A DNA stretch of 35,052 nt from Phycisphaerae bacterium (GTDB lineage: Bacteria > Planctomycetota > Phycisphaerae > UBA1845), in assembly GCA_029260155.1 (NCBI GenBank), contig JAJDDU010000411.1:1-35052 (forward strand), given 5' to 3'. The notes beneath the pieces are model-generated. The model had not been told where the DNA came from. It searched no databases and saw nothing but the letters and a program-made list of their open reading frames with translations. This document shows, one piece after another, positions 1-8,181 of the stretch; position 1 is the stretch's first letter; each line of letters starts with the position of its first letter. The position numbers and the translations under genes were made by a program.

Positions 1-562
1 TGCGGTGGGCCCACTCGGTCATGATGCGCGGCATGAGAGGCACGCCGAGGCCGTGTAGCTCGTGCGCGACCCGGTAGATGGTGATGGCCAACATGCCGGG
101 GTAGGCGATGATGATCTCGTCAGGGCCGGTCGCGGCGGGGTCGCCGTCGATGGCTGCGTGGACGTCGTCGGCTAGTAGCGTACGGATTCGCGGCAGCACT
201 TCGAGGAAGGCATGGGTGATTTCACGAGCCTGCGTATCGCACTGCTGCTCGTGCGGCTCCTTACCGCTCGCATGTTGGTCTTCATGGCAAAGGCAGTGGA
301 ATACTTGGCCGAAGGTCAGTTGGCCGACACGGGGGAGGAGTTCACCGACGTGGTAGGAGATGTTGTGGTCGGTCAGATCCTGGCGTCCGATGTAGCCTGG
401 GTAGAGGAGTTCAAGCAGGCGGTCGATTAGTTCGGTGATCTGCTTGTGTGACGGGAAGTACACACGGCCAATGTGGCGCGTGCTTTCCTCTGCGTTGTAG
501 CTGGCCACCACATTGTCGACGTGCGTCGACAGCTTCTCGCCGATTTGAAAGTCCCTACTCAT
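1..562 (-). CDS. cysE: Serine O-acetyltransferase (EpsC/CysE type), runs off the left edge (3' partial)
   Basis: Not in the ORF track. Manual translation from ATG at 562 gives MSRDFQIGEKLSTHVDNVVASYNAEESTRHIGRVYFPSHKQITELIDRLLELLYPGY...DDVHAAIDGDPAATGPDEIIIAYPGMLAITIYRVAHELHGLGVPLMPRIMTEWAHR. The GDPAA..E...YPG..A...YR.AH.L...GVP..PR...E.AH pattern is the CysE signature. Confidence 0.88.
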   Translation of the reverse strand, partial: MSRDFQIGEKLSTHVDNVVASYNAEESTRHIGRVYFPSHKQITELIDRLLELLYPGYIGRQDLTDHNISYHVGELLPRVGQLTFGQVFHCLCHEDQHASGKEPHEQQCDTQAREITHAFLEVLPRIRTLLADDVHAAIDGDPAATGPDEIIIAYPGMLAITIYRVAHELHGLGVPLMPRIMTEWAHR

Positions 563-594
563 TGAATCGTGCTTTCCCCGCGCAGTGGTACGCG

Positions 595-1332
595 CTAGGC
601 GCGCGAGAGGCCATTCTCCGTCCATGCAACCCGTTCGCCAACCTTGGGGACGATCAGGCGAGTCTTCAATTCCTCGGGTAACGCCTCGCGAAAGGCCTCC
701 GCCGTGCCGTGCAACAGCGGAAACGTCCCGTAGTGAATCGGAACGATGCTGGCGGGCTCGAACATCTGAGCAGCCAAGCTTGCACCGGCTGGACCCATGG
801 TAAAGTGGTCGCCGATCGGAAGTGCTACGATCTTCGGGGCGAACAACTCAGCGATCAGCTTCATGTCGCTGAAGACGTCGGTGTCGCCGGCATGGTAGAA
901 CGGCGCGAGGCCATCCGCATCGACGACAACGCCGCAGGGCATGCCGGCGTATAGCGGCCCGCGATCGGAATCGATGCTCGACGAATGAAAGGCGCGCGTC
1001 AGGGAAAAGGCCACGCCATCTACCGTCTGCGTGCCGCCGATGTTCATGGGCGCGAATCGCGCCTTCGGACTCGTCATGTCAAGCAGCGCGCAGAGCTCGA
1101 CGGAGGCGATGACGTGTGGATTGTATTTCTCGATAAGGCGAGCTGCGTCGCCGGTGTGATCGCCGTGCCCGTGGGTGAGCGCGAGCAGGTCGCAGCGCGG
1201 CGGTTCCTTCAAGTCCGCAGGGCAGGACGGGTTGTCGCGCAACCAGGGGTCGATCAAGACAACGCGCTCATCCGGCAAGGTGAGTCGGATGGTGGCGTGT
1301 CCCAGCCATGTCATGCTTGCGGTGTCGGTCAT
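595..1332 (-). CDS. Metal-dependent hydrolase, metallo-beta-lactamase fold (UPF0173-like)
   Basis: TWLGHA N-terminus, THGHGDH (HxHxDH) metal site, FHSSS, YHAGDTDVFSDM, LPIGDHFTMGP and PIHYGTFP motifs. Confidence 0.9.
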   Translation of the reverse strand: MTDTASMTWLGHATIRLTLPDERVVLIDPWLRDNPSCPADLKEPPRCDLLALTHGHGDHTGDAARLIEKYNPHVIASVELCALLDMTSPKARFAPMNIGGTQTVDGVAFSLTRAFHSSSIDSDRGPLYAGMPCGVVVDADGLAPFYHAGDTDVFSDMKLIAELFAPKIVALPIGDHFTMGPAGASLAAQMFEPASIVPIHYGTFPLLHGTAEAFREALPEELKTRLIVPKVGERVAWTENGLSRA

Positions 1333-1365
1333 GTTGCTCTCCGCAGATGTTCTTCATGCACAGTG

Positions 1366-1599
1366 CTAACGCACTTTCGAGATCGCGCTGATTCTCTCGA
1401 CGATCAGCGTGTGTTCTGGAAACATGCCGGTTTCTTCCTTGCTGTATATCAGATCGCCATCGACTCGGACGTCGAAGATTCCGCCGGATCCCTCGATCAT
1501 CTCAGTTTCGATTCCGATATTGTCCTTGATCGTATCCGCCAGACTGGCGGCATCGGGGTGATAGTTTCACTGCATGCAGTATTCGATGGATACTATCAT
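1366..1599 (-). CDS. Rdx/SelW/SelT-family selenoprotein, 77 aa, CxxU motif (in-frame TGA at 1569-1567)
   Basis: Manual translation: MIVSIEYCMQ-U-NYHPDAASLADTIKDNIGIETEMIEGSGGIFDVRVDGDLIYSKEETGMFPEHTLIVERISAISKVR*. It shows IEYCxxU-Y, GxGGIFDV, GxLIYSK and G.FP Rdx motifs on both sides of the TGA, a GGAG RBS upstream of the ATG, and a hairpin after the TGA. Confidence 0.9.
1531..1555 (-). promoter_or_regulatory. Putative bacterial SECIS element
   Basis: On the coding strand: CG-AT-G-CCGCC-AGTCT-GGCGG-AT-A-CG. The apical loop AGUCU begins 22 nt after the UGA and resembles the E. coli fdhF SECIS loop AGGUCU. Confidence 0.7.
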
Positions 1600-2054
1600 T
1601 CGCAACACTCCAATAAAGAAACGCTCCAGCGCACTGTTTGGCGAATCATATCAGATTTTCGACACGGCGGGTACGGTCGGACGGCACAACATCGCCCTAC
1701 CCGCCGGAATCGGTCATCGATTGTCGGCGTAACGGCCATGTAACATGACGATGCTCACAGGACAGATAATCGGCATTCGCGAGGGCTGATCGGGGGCGAT
1801 GGTGCGTTGCGACCGCATATGAGATTCGATCGTCGAGCGTGTTTGGCGTGTGGTCGAAAAGTAACCTTCTGGTAACCACCCCGCGACGGTCTTGAATCGG
1901 ACCGGGCGCATTCCGTAGTATTTGGACGTCGGTGTGGCAGCGTGTCATGCTGGCGTGTTGTTCAGTTTTGGGATCCCTTGCCTGTCACGGATCGATGCCG
2001 CGTGTGGTAGTCCGGGCAACAGCGACCACGGGAGTATTGGAAAGGCCTTTCACA

Positions 2055-4187
2055 ATGATTCAAAGTTGGTTGTTCTCACGGCGTCGGATGGTTGCGTGTT
2101 TGTCGGCCCTCGTCATCGCGTTTTCGGTCGCGACGGCTGGGGCGCAGACGAAAGGTTCGCGGGTTAACATAAGCCCGTCGTTCGCAACAGAAAAGCCCGC
2201 CGCCGCGCCAGTGGCGCCGACGGGCCCTGCTCCGAAGATCGGCGCCGATACTCCGAAGCACGATTTCGGCGAGATATGGGTGGGCACGAAAGCGACGCAC
2301 ACATTCGTGGTTCGCAATACGGGCGATGCCCTGCTCAAGATCTCTCGCGTCAAGCCGAGTTGCGGATGTACCGTGGCCAAGTTCGATTCCGAAGTCGAGC
2401 CGGGCAAGACCGGCAAGATCGAGGTGACCGTCAATACGGCGAAGCTCAAGTCCAAGATCAACAAGTCGGTCAGCGTCGAGTCCAATGATACCATGAAGCC
2501 GGTGTTCAAGCTGGAAGTAACCGGCACGGTCAAACAACGTTTTCAGATTACGCCGAATCGCGGTGAGAGCTTCGGCCGCATCCGTCCGGACGAAGACCTG
2601 ACACGAACGCTGACGCTCACGAACAACATGGGCACGCCGGTTCAGTTGACGCTTCCGACTCCCAAGGCAGGTGTGTACACGGCTGAGCTTGTTGAGAAGA
2701 CGCCAGGCAACGTCTATGATCTCGTTATCACAGCGAAGCCACCTTACGCGGAGAAGATCAACCGCGGCGCCTACAAGATCAGGACTGACCTTCCCGGCAA
2801 CGTGACGATCGACATCGCGCTTTCAGCCTACGTCCCGCCGCTGGTGGAAGTGACACCGCCGCAGGTGATCATTCCGAAGACTCAGGCCACCGCACGCCAG
2901 CAGAGTGTTCGCGTGAAGTTCAACTCCAAGGAGCCGCATAAGGTCCTGTCCGCCACGACCAATGCGCCCGGTGCACAGGTTGAAATCAAGGAGATCGCGG
3001 AAAGCCATTACGACGTCGTGCTCGGGCTCCCGGCCAACTACTCGCCGCCGACGACAGGTCACAAGCTCACCCTCAAGACCGACGATCCGAAGAACGCGGA
3101 AGTCGAGGTCAAGATTGCGCAGCGGCAGTCCCCGAAGCGGGCGGCGCCGCAGCGCCCGGCGATGCAATTGTCAGGGAAACCTGTTCCCGACGCGACCTTT
3201 GTCCTCGCGAACGGTACGCCGCTCAAGACCAGCGAAATGAAGGACGATGCGACGGTGGTCATGTTCTACGCCAGTTGGTGCGGATTCTGCAAGCGCACCT
3301 TGCCCCAGCTCGAAGCGTACTCGAAGGAATTCAAGGACAAGCCCGTCAAGTTCGTTGCGATCAGCATGGACTCGCTCAAGGAAAACGGCGATACCGGCAA
3401 ACGTGCCCGCTCCAAGCAGCAGGTCGTCGATCAGTTCAAGTCCATGGGTGTGACGATTCCGCAGGCGTTCGACTCCAATAAGGACGGCGGCTCGAAATTC
3501 AAGGTGCAGAGCTTCCCGACGATGTTCTTGTTCGGCAAAACCGGCAAGATCGACCGCGTCTACGTCGGCGGTGCCGCCGCGAGCGACGGGTCGATGAAGA
3601 AAGACATCGAGACGCTGCTTTCTGGAAAGACTCTGGCAGCTCAGTCCCTTGCGCCCGTGAAGCCCAAGAAACGAGAGCGCCCGGCACTCAAGATGGCCGG
3701 CAAGCCCGCGCCGACCGGTACGTTTTCGGCGGCATCCGACGGCTCCACCGTCAGCCTCGCCAGTTCCGATGCCGAGGCAACCGTCGCGTTCTTCTACGCG
3801 AGCTGGTGCGGCTATTGTAAGAAGACTCTTCCCGTCCTGACCGCGATGTCAGCGGAGTACGAGGGCAAGCCGGTTCGCTTCATCGGCGTCAACCAGGACA
3901 CCATCATCGATCAGCCCGACCCCAAGAATCGTCGGGCCAAGACCAAAGACTACGTCATGAAGCAGTGGTCCGATCTCGGCGTCACGTTCCCGCAGATCAT
4001 GGACCCCAACGGCATCGGAAGGAAGGACTTCAAGGTCACCAGCTACCCGACGTACTTCCTGATCGACAAGTCCGGCAAGATTGAAAAAGCCTACGTCGGG
4101 GGCACCGCCGCCGGCAACGGCGCACTCAAGAAGGACATCGACGCGCTCTTGAAAGGCAACGGCGGAAAAGCCAGCGCCGGCAAGTAG
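2055..4187 (+). CDS. Secreted DUF1573 (Ig-like) domain protein with two C-terminal TlpA-like thioredoxin domains
   Basis: ATG 2055 follows GGAAAGG (the ORF track extends to 1932). Signal peptide RRRMVACLSALVIAFSVATAGA. HDFGEI..HTFVVRNTGDALLKISRVKPSCGCT matches DUF1573. Two FYASWCG(F/Y)CK motifs, each with a cis-Pro loop (SFPT, SYPT). Confidence 0.8.
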   Translation: MIQSWLFSRRRMVACLSALVIAFSVATAGAQTKGSRVNISPSFATEKPAAAPVAPTGPAPKIGADTPKHDFGEIWVGTKATHTFVVRNTGDALLKISRVKPSCGCTVAKFDSEVEPGKTGKIEVTVNTAKLKSKINKSVSVESNDTMKPVFKLEVTGTVKQRFQITPNRGESFGRIRPDEDLTRTLTLTNNMGTPVQLTLPTPKAGVYTAELVEKTPGNVYDLVITAKPPYAEKINRGAYKIRTDLPGNVTIDIALSAYVPPLVEVTPPQVIIPKTQATARQQSVRVKFNSKEPHKVLSATTNAPGAQVEIKEIAESHYDVVLGLPANYSPPTTGHKLTLKTDDPKNAEVEVKIAQRQSPKRAAPQRPAMQLSGKPVPDATFVLANGTPLKTSEMKDDATVVMFYASWCGFCKRTLPQLEAYSKEFKDKPVKFVAISMDSLKENGDTGKRARSKQQVVDQFKSMGVTIPQAFDSNKDGGSKFKVQSFPTMFLFGKTGKIDRVYVGGAAASDGSMKKDIETLLSGKTLAAQSLAPVKPKKRERPALKMAGKPAPTGTFSAASDGSTVSLASSDAEATVAFFYASWCGYCKKTLPVLTAMSAEYEGKPVRFIGVNQDTIIDQPDPKNRRAKTKDYVMKQWSDLGVTFPQIMDPNGIGRKDFKVTSYPTYFLIDKSGKIEKAYVGGTAAGNGALKKDIDALLKGNGGKASAGK

Positions 4188-4217
4188 ACCCACTGCGCGT
4201 CAACCAACGCCATCAAC

Positions 4218-4252
4218 AGCCCGCGCCGGTTCATAGACTGGCGCGGGCTTTT
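4218..4252 (+). terminator. Rho-independent terminator
   Basis: AGCCCGCGCCGGT-TCATAG-ACTGGCGCGGGCT followed by TTT, 30 nt after the stop at 4187. Confidence 0.75.
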
Positions 4253-4451
4253 CAATTGGTGCTTCAGGCATGACGCGTACCGTCATGCCCTGACGCCGTC
4301 TGCGTGCAGCGTCCGTCTCCGCGAAACGGACGGGAATGCCCGCGAGGGTTGATCGCGGCGCGACACTACGGGAGTGCGCGATAGATGCTACGTCCGAACC
4401 AGCTCGGACGCGTGAGCGGCCGGTGTGGCTATTGTTCTTGCCCCTCTCCGC

Positions 4452-4523
4452 GTAATCCCATGAAAGGCTGTCTCCCGCCGGACACCTTACCGTCCGGCGG
4501 GAGACAGCCTTTCATGGGATTAC
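4452..4523. repeat. Perfect 32-bp inverted repeat with an 8-nt loop
   Basis: GTAATCCCATGAAAGGCTGTCTCCCGCCGGAC-accttacc-GTCCGGCGGGAGACAGCCTTTCATGGGATTAC; the arms are exact reverse complements. Confidence 0.95.
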
Positions 4524-4580
4524 TCTTGGCATGCCAGACCCCCTGGCCATACCCTGCGCGGCAGGCGGGCGTGTCGGGTC

Positions 4581-4608
4581 TTGCGTCTTCATCGCGTGTC
4601 GGTACACT
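4581..4608 (+). promoter_or_regulatory. Possible sigma70 promoter for tRNA-Gln
   Basis: TTGCGT-16 bp-TACACT, about 95 nt upstream of the tRNA. Confidence 0.35.
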
Positions 4609-4703
4609 TCCGGTCACAGTGATAGGCCACGGCGAAGTGAAGCGTCGCACGTGCGCTTGAAAGCGGCAGACGCGTCCAACGCGGCGACGTCGGCTGCGCG
4701 CGA

Positions 4704-4776
4704 TGGGCTGTAGTTCAATTGGTAGAACGCCTGACTCTGGATCAGGAGGTTCCAGGTTCGAGTCCTGGCAGCCCAG
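4704..4776 (+). tRNA. tRNA-Gln (anticodon CTG), CCA not encoded
   Basis: Acceptor stem TGGGCTG/CAGCCCA, D arm GTTCAATTGGTAGAAC, anticodon arm CCTGA-CT-CTG-GA-TCAGG, T arm CCAGG-TTCGAGT-CCTGG, discriminator G. Confidence 0.97.
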
Positions 4777-5053
4777 TCGTGTCAGAAGCTGAAGCGAGAA
4801 CGAAACTGGGGTCAGAGCGCATTTAGTTGTTAGTTGTCGCCGCGGTAACGAAGCACGCAATCGCGATGCGGGGCCACGTGTTCGACCGGTTGGCCTGCTT
4901 GCCCCGAACGATATTCCTGAATACGACGGCGCACGCTGAGTGTCACCGTCGTGTCTGGCCCGGTGGCCACTGTCGACATTCCGGGTTCCAACAACGCCCC
5001 CTCCCATCGCTGTTACCATCACCCGCTCCGCCTCGCGCCGGGCGACACAATCG

Positions 5054-5082
5054 TTGACACGCGCGGGCGCCCTACCTATAGT
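5054..5082 (+). promoter_or_regulatory. Near-consensus sigma70 promoter of ppdK
   Basis: TTGACA (5054-5059), 17-bp spacer, TATAGT (5077-5082), 48 nt before the GTG start. This supports 5131 rather than 4951 as the start. Confidence 0.75.
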
Positions 5083-5130
5083 GCGCGCGTATCAGACTTG
5101 AGCGACTCGATTGAACGAAAGGTACACACC

Positions 5131-8100
5131 GTGGCGAAAGCACCCAAGTTCGTATTCTTCTTCGGCGCGGGCAAAGCTGAGGGTCAGAACGCAAGCAAAC
5201 TCCTCCTCGGCGGCAAAGGCGCGGGCCTCGCCGAGATGACTCACATTGGTCTGCCCGTGCCCGGCGGCTTCACCATCACCACACAGGCTTGCGCAGAGTT
5301 CATCCGCAGCAACAACAGTTGGCCGCGCGGCCTCGAAGAACAGGTCGACAAGAATCTCAAACGCCTCGAGCGCGTGTGCAACAAGAAACTCGGCGGGGCA
5401 CGCGACCCGCTCTTGATCTCGGTGCGATCCGGGGCAGCCGTCTCCATGCCCGGCATGATGGAGACCATTCTCAACCTCGGGCTTAACGACGAGTCCGTCG
5501 AGGGATTGGCTCGCGTCACCGGCAATCGCCGCTTCGCCTTCGATGCCTACCGGCGTCTCATCATGATGTACGGCACGACCGCCCAAGGGATCGAGCGATC
5601 CCTGTTCGACGACGCCTTCGATCGCATCAAAGAGCACAAGACGCGCTGGCGTCTCGAAGTTCCCCATACCCGAAAGATCGAAGACACCGAGGTCAACGAT
5701 GATGAGCTGGTCGAACTCGTTGCGGCTTACAAGACCATCTACTCGCACGCCACCGGTCAACCCTTCCCACAGGATCCGCTGGCGCAGTTGCGCGGGGCCA
5801 TCAATGCCGTCTTTGGCAGCTGGATGGGCGACAAGGCTGTCACCTATCGCCGCGTTGAGAAGATCAGCGGGCTTGAGGGGACCGCAGTCAACATCTGCCA
5901 GATGGTCTACGGCAACCTCGGCGATGATTCCGGAACCGGCGTCTGCTTCACGCGCGACCCGAGCACGGGCGAGAACGAGTTCTATGGCGACCTGCTGATC
6001 AACGCCCAGGGCGAAGACGTGGTGGCCGGTATCCGTACGCCCCTGCGCGTGGCTGAACTGAGCAGACACATGCCCGAAGCGTGGGACCAGCTTCTGGCGG
6101 TTCGGACCATTTTGGAATCGCACTACCGTGACATGCAGGACCTCGAGTTCACCATCGAACGCGGCACGCTCTACATGCTGCAGTGTCGGACCGGCAAGCG
6201 CTCGCCGGCTGCTGCCTTTCGCATTGCGGTCGAGCACGCGACGATGCCCCTGCTCGGGCGCGTCGAAACCAACCGACTCGTGAAGCGCGGGCACCTCCCG
6301 CGCAAGTACGCCGCGCAGGTCACCAAGCCGATCCTCACCAAGGAGGAGGCCATCGGGCGCATCACGGCTGCGGATGTCGAGAGGCTGTTTTATCCGGTTC
6401 TCGATTCCGATCTGTCGCGTGAAGAGCTCGCGAGTCGTCAGCTTGGTACCGGCATCAACGCGGTCCCCGGAGCGGCTTGTGGCGAAGTTGTCTTCCATCC
6501 AGCCGATGCGGAGCGCCGCGCTGCGGACGGTTCGAGCGTTATCCTGGTCCGCAAGGAGACTTCCCCCGAGGATGTCGGCGGCATGCACGCCTCTAGTGGG
6601 ATCCTCACCGCGACCGGTGGCAAGACCTCCCACGCAGCCGTGGTCGCTCGCGGGTGGGGCAAGTGTTGTATCGTCGGGTGCGATACGTTGAGCGTTGACG
6701 AGCAGCAGAAGACCATGCAGCTCAATGGACGCATGCTACGCGAGGGCGACACCATCACGCTCGACGGATCGACCGGCACGATCTACGACGGGTCCATCCC
6801 GTTGGTCATGCCCACCGCGCCGGACGAGTACAAGACACTGCTTGGTTGGTGTGACGAAACGCGCCGGCTGGCGGTACGCACCAACGCCGACACCCCCGCC
6901 GACGCTCACAAGGCCATCGAACTCGGGGCCGAGGGCATCGGACTCTGCCGCACGGAGCACATGTTCTTTGAGACAGAAGAACGTCGCTTGGCCATGCAAG
7001 AGATGATCGTGGCCGACAACGCCCCGGAACGCCGTCGCGCCCTCGACAAGCTCCAACCGTTCCAGAAGCAGGACTTCCTCGACATCTTCCGGGCCATGGA
7101 CGGCAAGCCCGTCACGATTCGCCTCATCGATCCGCCGCTGCACGAGTTCTTGCCGCACGACGAGGACAGTATCCAACTGCTCGCGCGGTACTCAGGAATC
7201 TCGACCGAACAGATTCGCGCCCGGGCTGAACAGCTTCATGAATCCAATCCCATGCTAGGCCACCGTGGCTGTCGCCTGTGCATCACCTATCCGGAGATTC
7301 TGGAGATGCAGGTCAGCGCCATCATCGAGGCAGCAGTCGAGGCTGTCGGCGAAGGCGTTGAGGTGCTGCCGGAGATCATGATCCCGCTGACGATCGACGC
7401 CAAGGAATTGAACATCCTCACCGATCAAACCCGTGCTGTGGCGGATGCGATCCTGGACAATGCCGGTATCAAGCTCGGGTATCTGGTCGGCACGATGATC
7501 GAAACGCCACGGGCGGCGCTGCTGGCTGATCGCATCGCCGACGTCGCTCGCTTCATCAGCTTCGGCACCAACGACCTTACGCAGACTGCCATGGGCCTGT
7601 CACGCGACGACGCGGGCAGGTTCCTTCCGGCCTATGTCGATCAGGACAAGCACGCCATCTTCGCAGCCGACCCGTTTGACTCGCTGGACGTCGACGGCGT
7701 CGGTCAACTCGTTGCGATGGCTGTCAACGGCGCCCGCGCCGCGCATCCGACGTTCAAGCTCGGCGTCTGCGGCGAGCACGGCGGCGACCCCGACAGCATC
7801 CGTTTCTTCCACGGCATTGGCTTGAACTACGTCTCGTGTAGCCCCCTCCGCGTGCCCATTGCGAGACTAGCCGCTGCCCACGCGGTGTTGGAGGAGCGAT
7901 CTCAACGCCCCGTCAAACGCAAACCCAAGAAAGCGGCTGCGTCGCCGAAGCGGGCGGTAAAGAAGACAGTTAAAGCCAAGAAGAAATCCGCCCCTAAGAA
8001 AGCCAAGAAGAAAGCAGCTGCCAAGAAGGTGCCAAAACAAGCTGCTCCCAAGAAGGCCACGAAGAAGAAGACGGTCAAGTCCGCGAAGCGCAAGGCAGCC

Positions 8101-8181
8101 ACGGCAACAACCAAACGCGTGACCAAGAAGAAGGCAGTCAAGAAGGCCAAAGGCACGAAGAAGAAGTCCAAACGCCGCTGA
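5131..8181 (+). CDS. ppdK: Pyruvate, phosphate dikinase with C-terminal Lys/Ala-rich extension
   Basis: GTG after GAAAGGT. Motifs LLGGKGAGLAEM, SVRSGAAVSMPGMMETILNLGLN, NAQGEDVVAGIRTP, phospho-His GGKTSHAAVVAR, GIGLCRTEHMF, SFGTNDLTQ and GVCGEHGGDP. Confidence 0.97.
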   Translation: MAKAPKFVFFFGAGKAEGQNASKLLLGGKGAGLAEMTHIGLPVPGGFTITTQACAEFIRSNNSWPRGLEEQVDKNLKRLERVCNKKLGGARDPLLISVRSGAAVSMPGMMETILNLGLNDESVEGLARVTGNRRFAFDAYRRLIMMYGTTAQGIERSLFDDAFDRIKEHKTRWRLEVPHTRKIEDTEVNDDELVELVAAYKTIYSHATGQPFPQDPLAQLRGAINAVFGSWMGDKAVTYRRVEKISGLEGTAVNICQMVYGNLGDDSGTGVCFTRDPSTGENEFYGDLLINAQGEDVVAGIRTPLRVAELSRHMPEAWDQLLAVRTILESHYRDMQDLEFTIERGTLYMLQCRTGKRSPAAAFRIAVEHATMPLLGRVETNRLVKRGHLPRKYAAQVTKPILTKEEAIGRITAADVERLFYPVLDSDLSREELASRQLGTGINAVPGAACGEVVFHPADAERRAADGSSVILVRKETSPEDVGGMHASSGILTATGGKTSHAAVVARGWGKCCIVGCDTLSVDEQQKTMQLNGRMLREGDTITLDGSTGTIYDGSIPLVMPTAPDEYKTLLGWCDETRRLAVRTNADTPADAHKAIELGAEGIGLCRTEHMFFETEERRLAMQEMIVADNAPERRRALDKLQPFQKQDFLDIFRAMDGKPVTIRLIDPPLHEFLPHDEDSIQLLARYSGISTEQIRARAEQLHESNPMLGHRGCRLCITYPEILEMQVSAIIEAAVEAVGEGVEVLPEIMIPLTIDAKELNILTDQTRAVADAILDNAGIKLGYLVGTMIETPRAALLADRIADVARFISFGTNDLTQTAMGLSRDDAGRFLPAYVDQDKHAIFAADPFDSLDVDGVGQLVAMAVNGARAAHPTFKLGVCGEHGGDPDSIRFFHGIGLNYVSCSPLRVPIARLAAAHAVLEERSQRPVKRKPKKAAASPKRAVKKTVKAKKKSAPKKAKKKAAAKKVPKQAAPKKATKKKTVKSAKRKAATATTKRVTKKKAVKKAKGTKKKSKRR

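Noticed and set aside
1366-1599. Reading the Rdx gene as a nonsense pseudogene
   Set aside because: The TGA falls exactly at the second position of the CxxC/U motif, is followed by a SECIS-like hairpin, and the rest of the frame is intact.
985-1743. 252-aa plus-strand ORF
   Set aside because: Antisense shadow of the MBL hydrolase and the selenoprotein gene; no recognisable motifs.
4264-4565. CRISPR array
   Set aside because: The hairpins are not identical direct repeats with regular spacers, and there are no cas genes.
4704-4830. tRNA-Gln as an integration site (att) for an island
   Set aside because: No integrase, and no duplicated tRNA 3' end seen in the window.
4429-5022. 197-aa minus-strand ORF and the 4385-4660 ORF with the repeated NPMKGCLPPD peptide
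   Set aside because: Artefacts of translating across the palindrome and the antisense tRNA.
4951-5130. 60-aa N-terminal extension of PPDK in the ORF track
   Set aside because: A consensus promoter and RBS lie inside it, and homology starts at GTG 5131.
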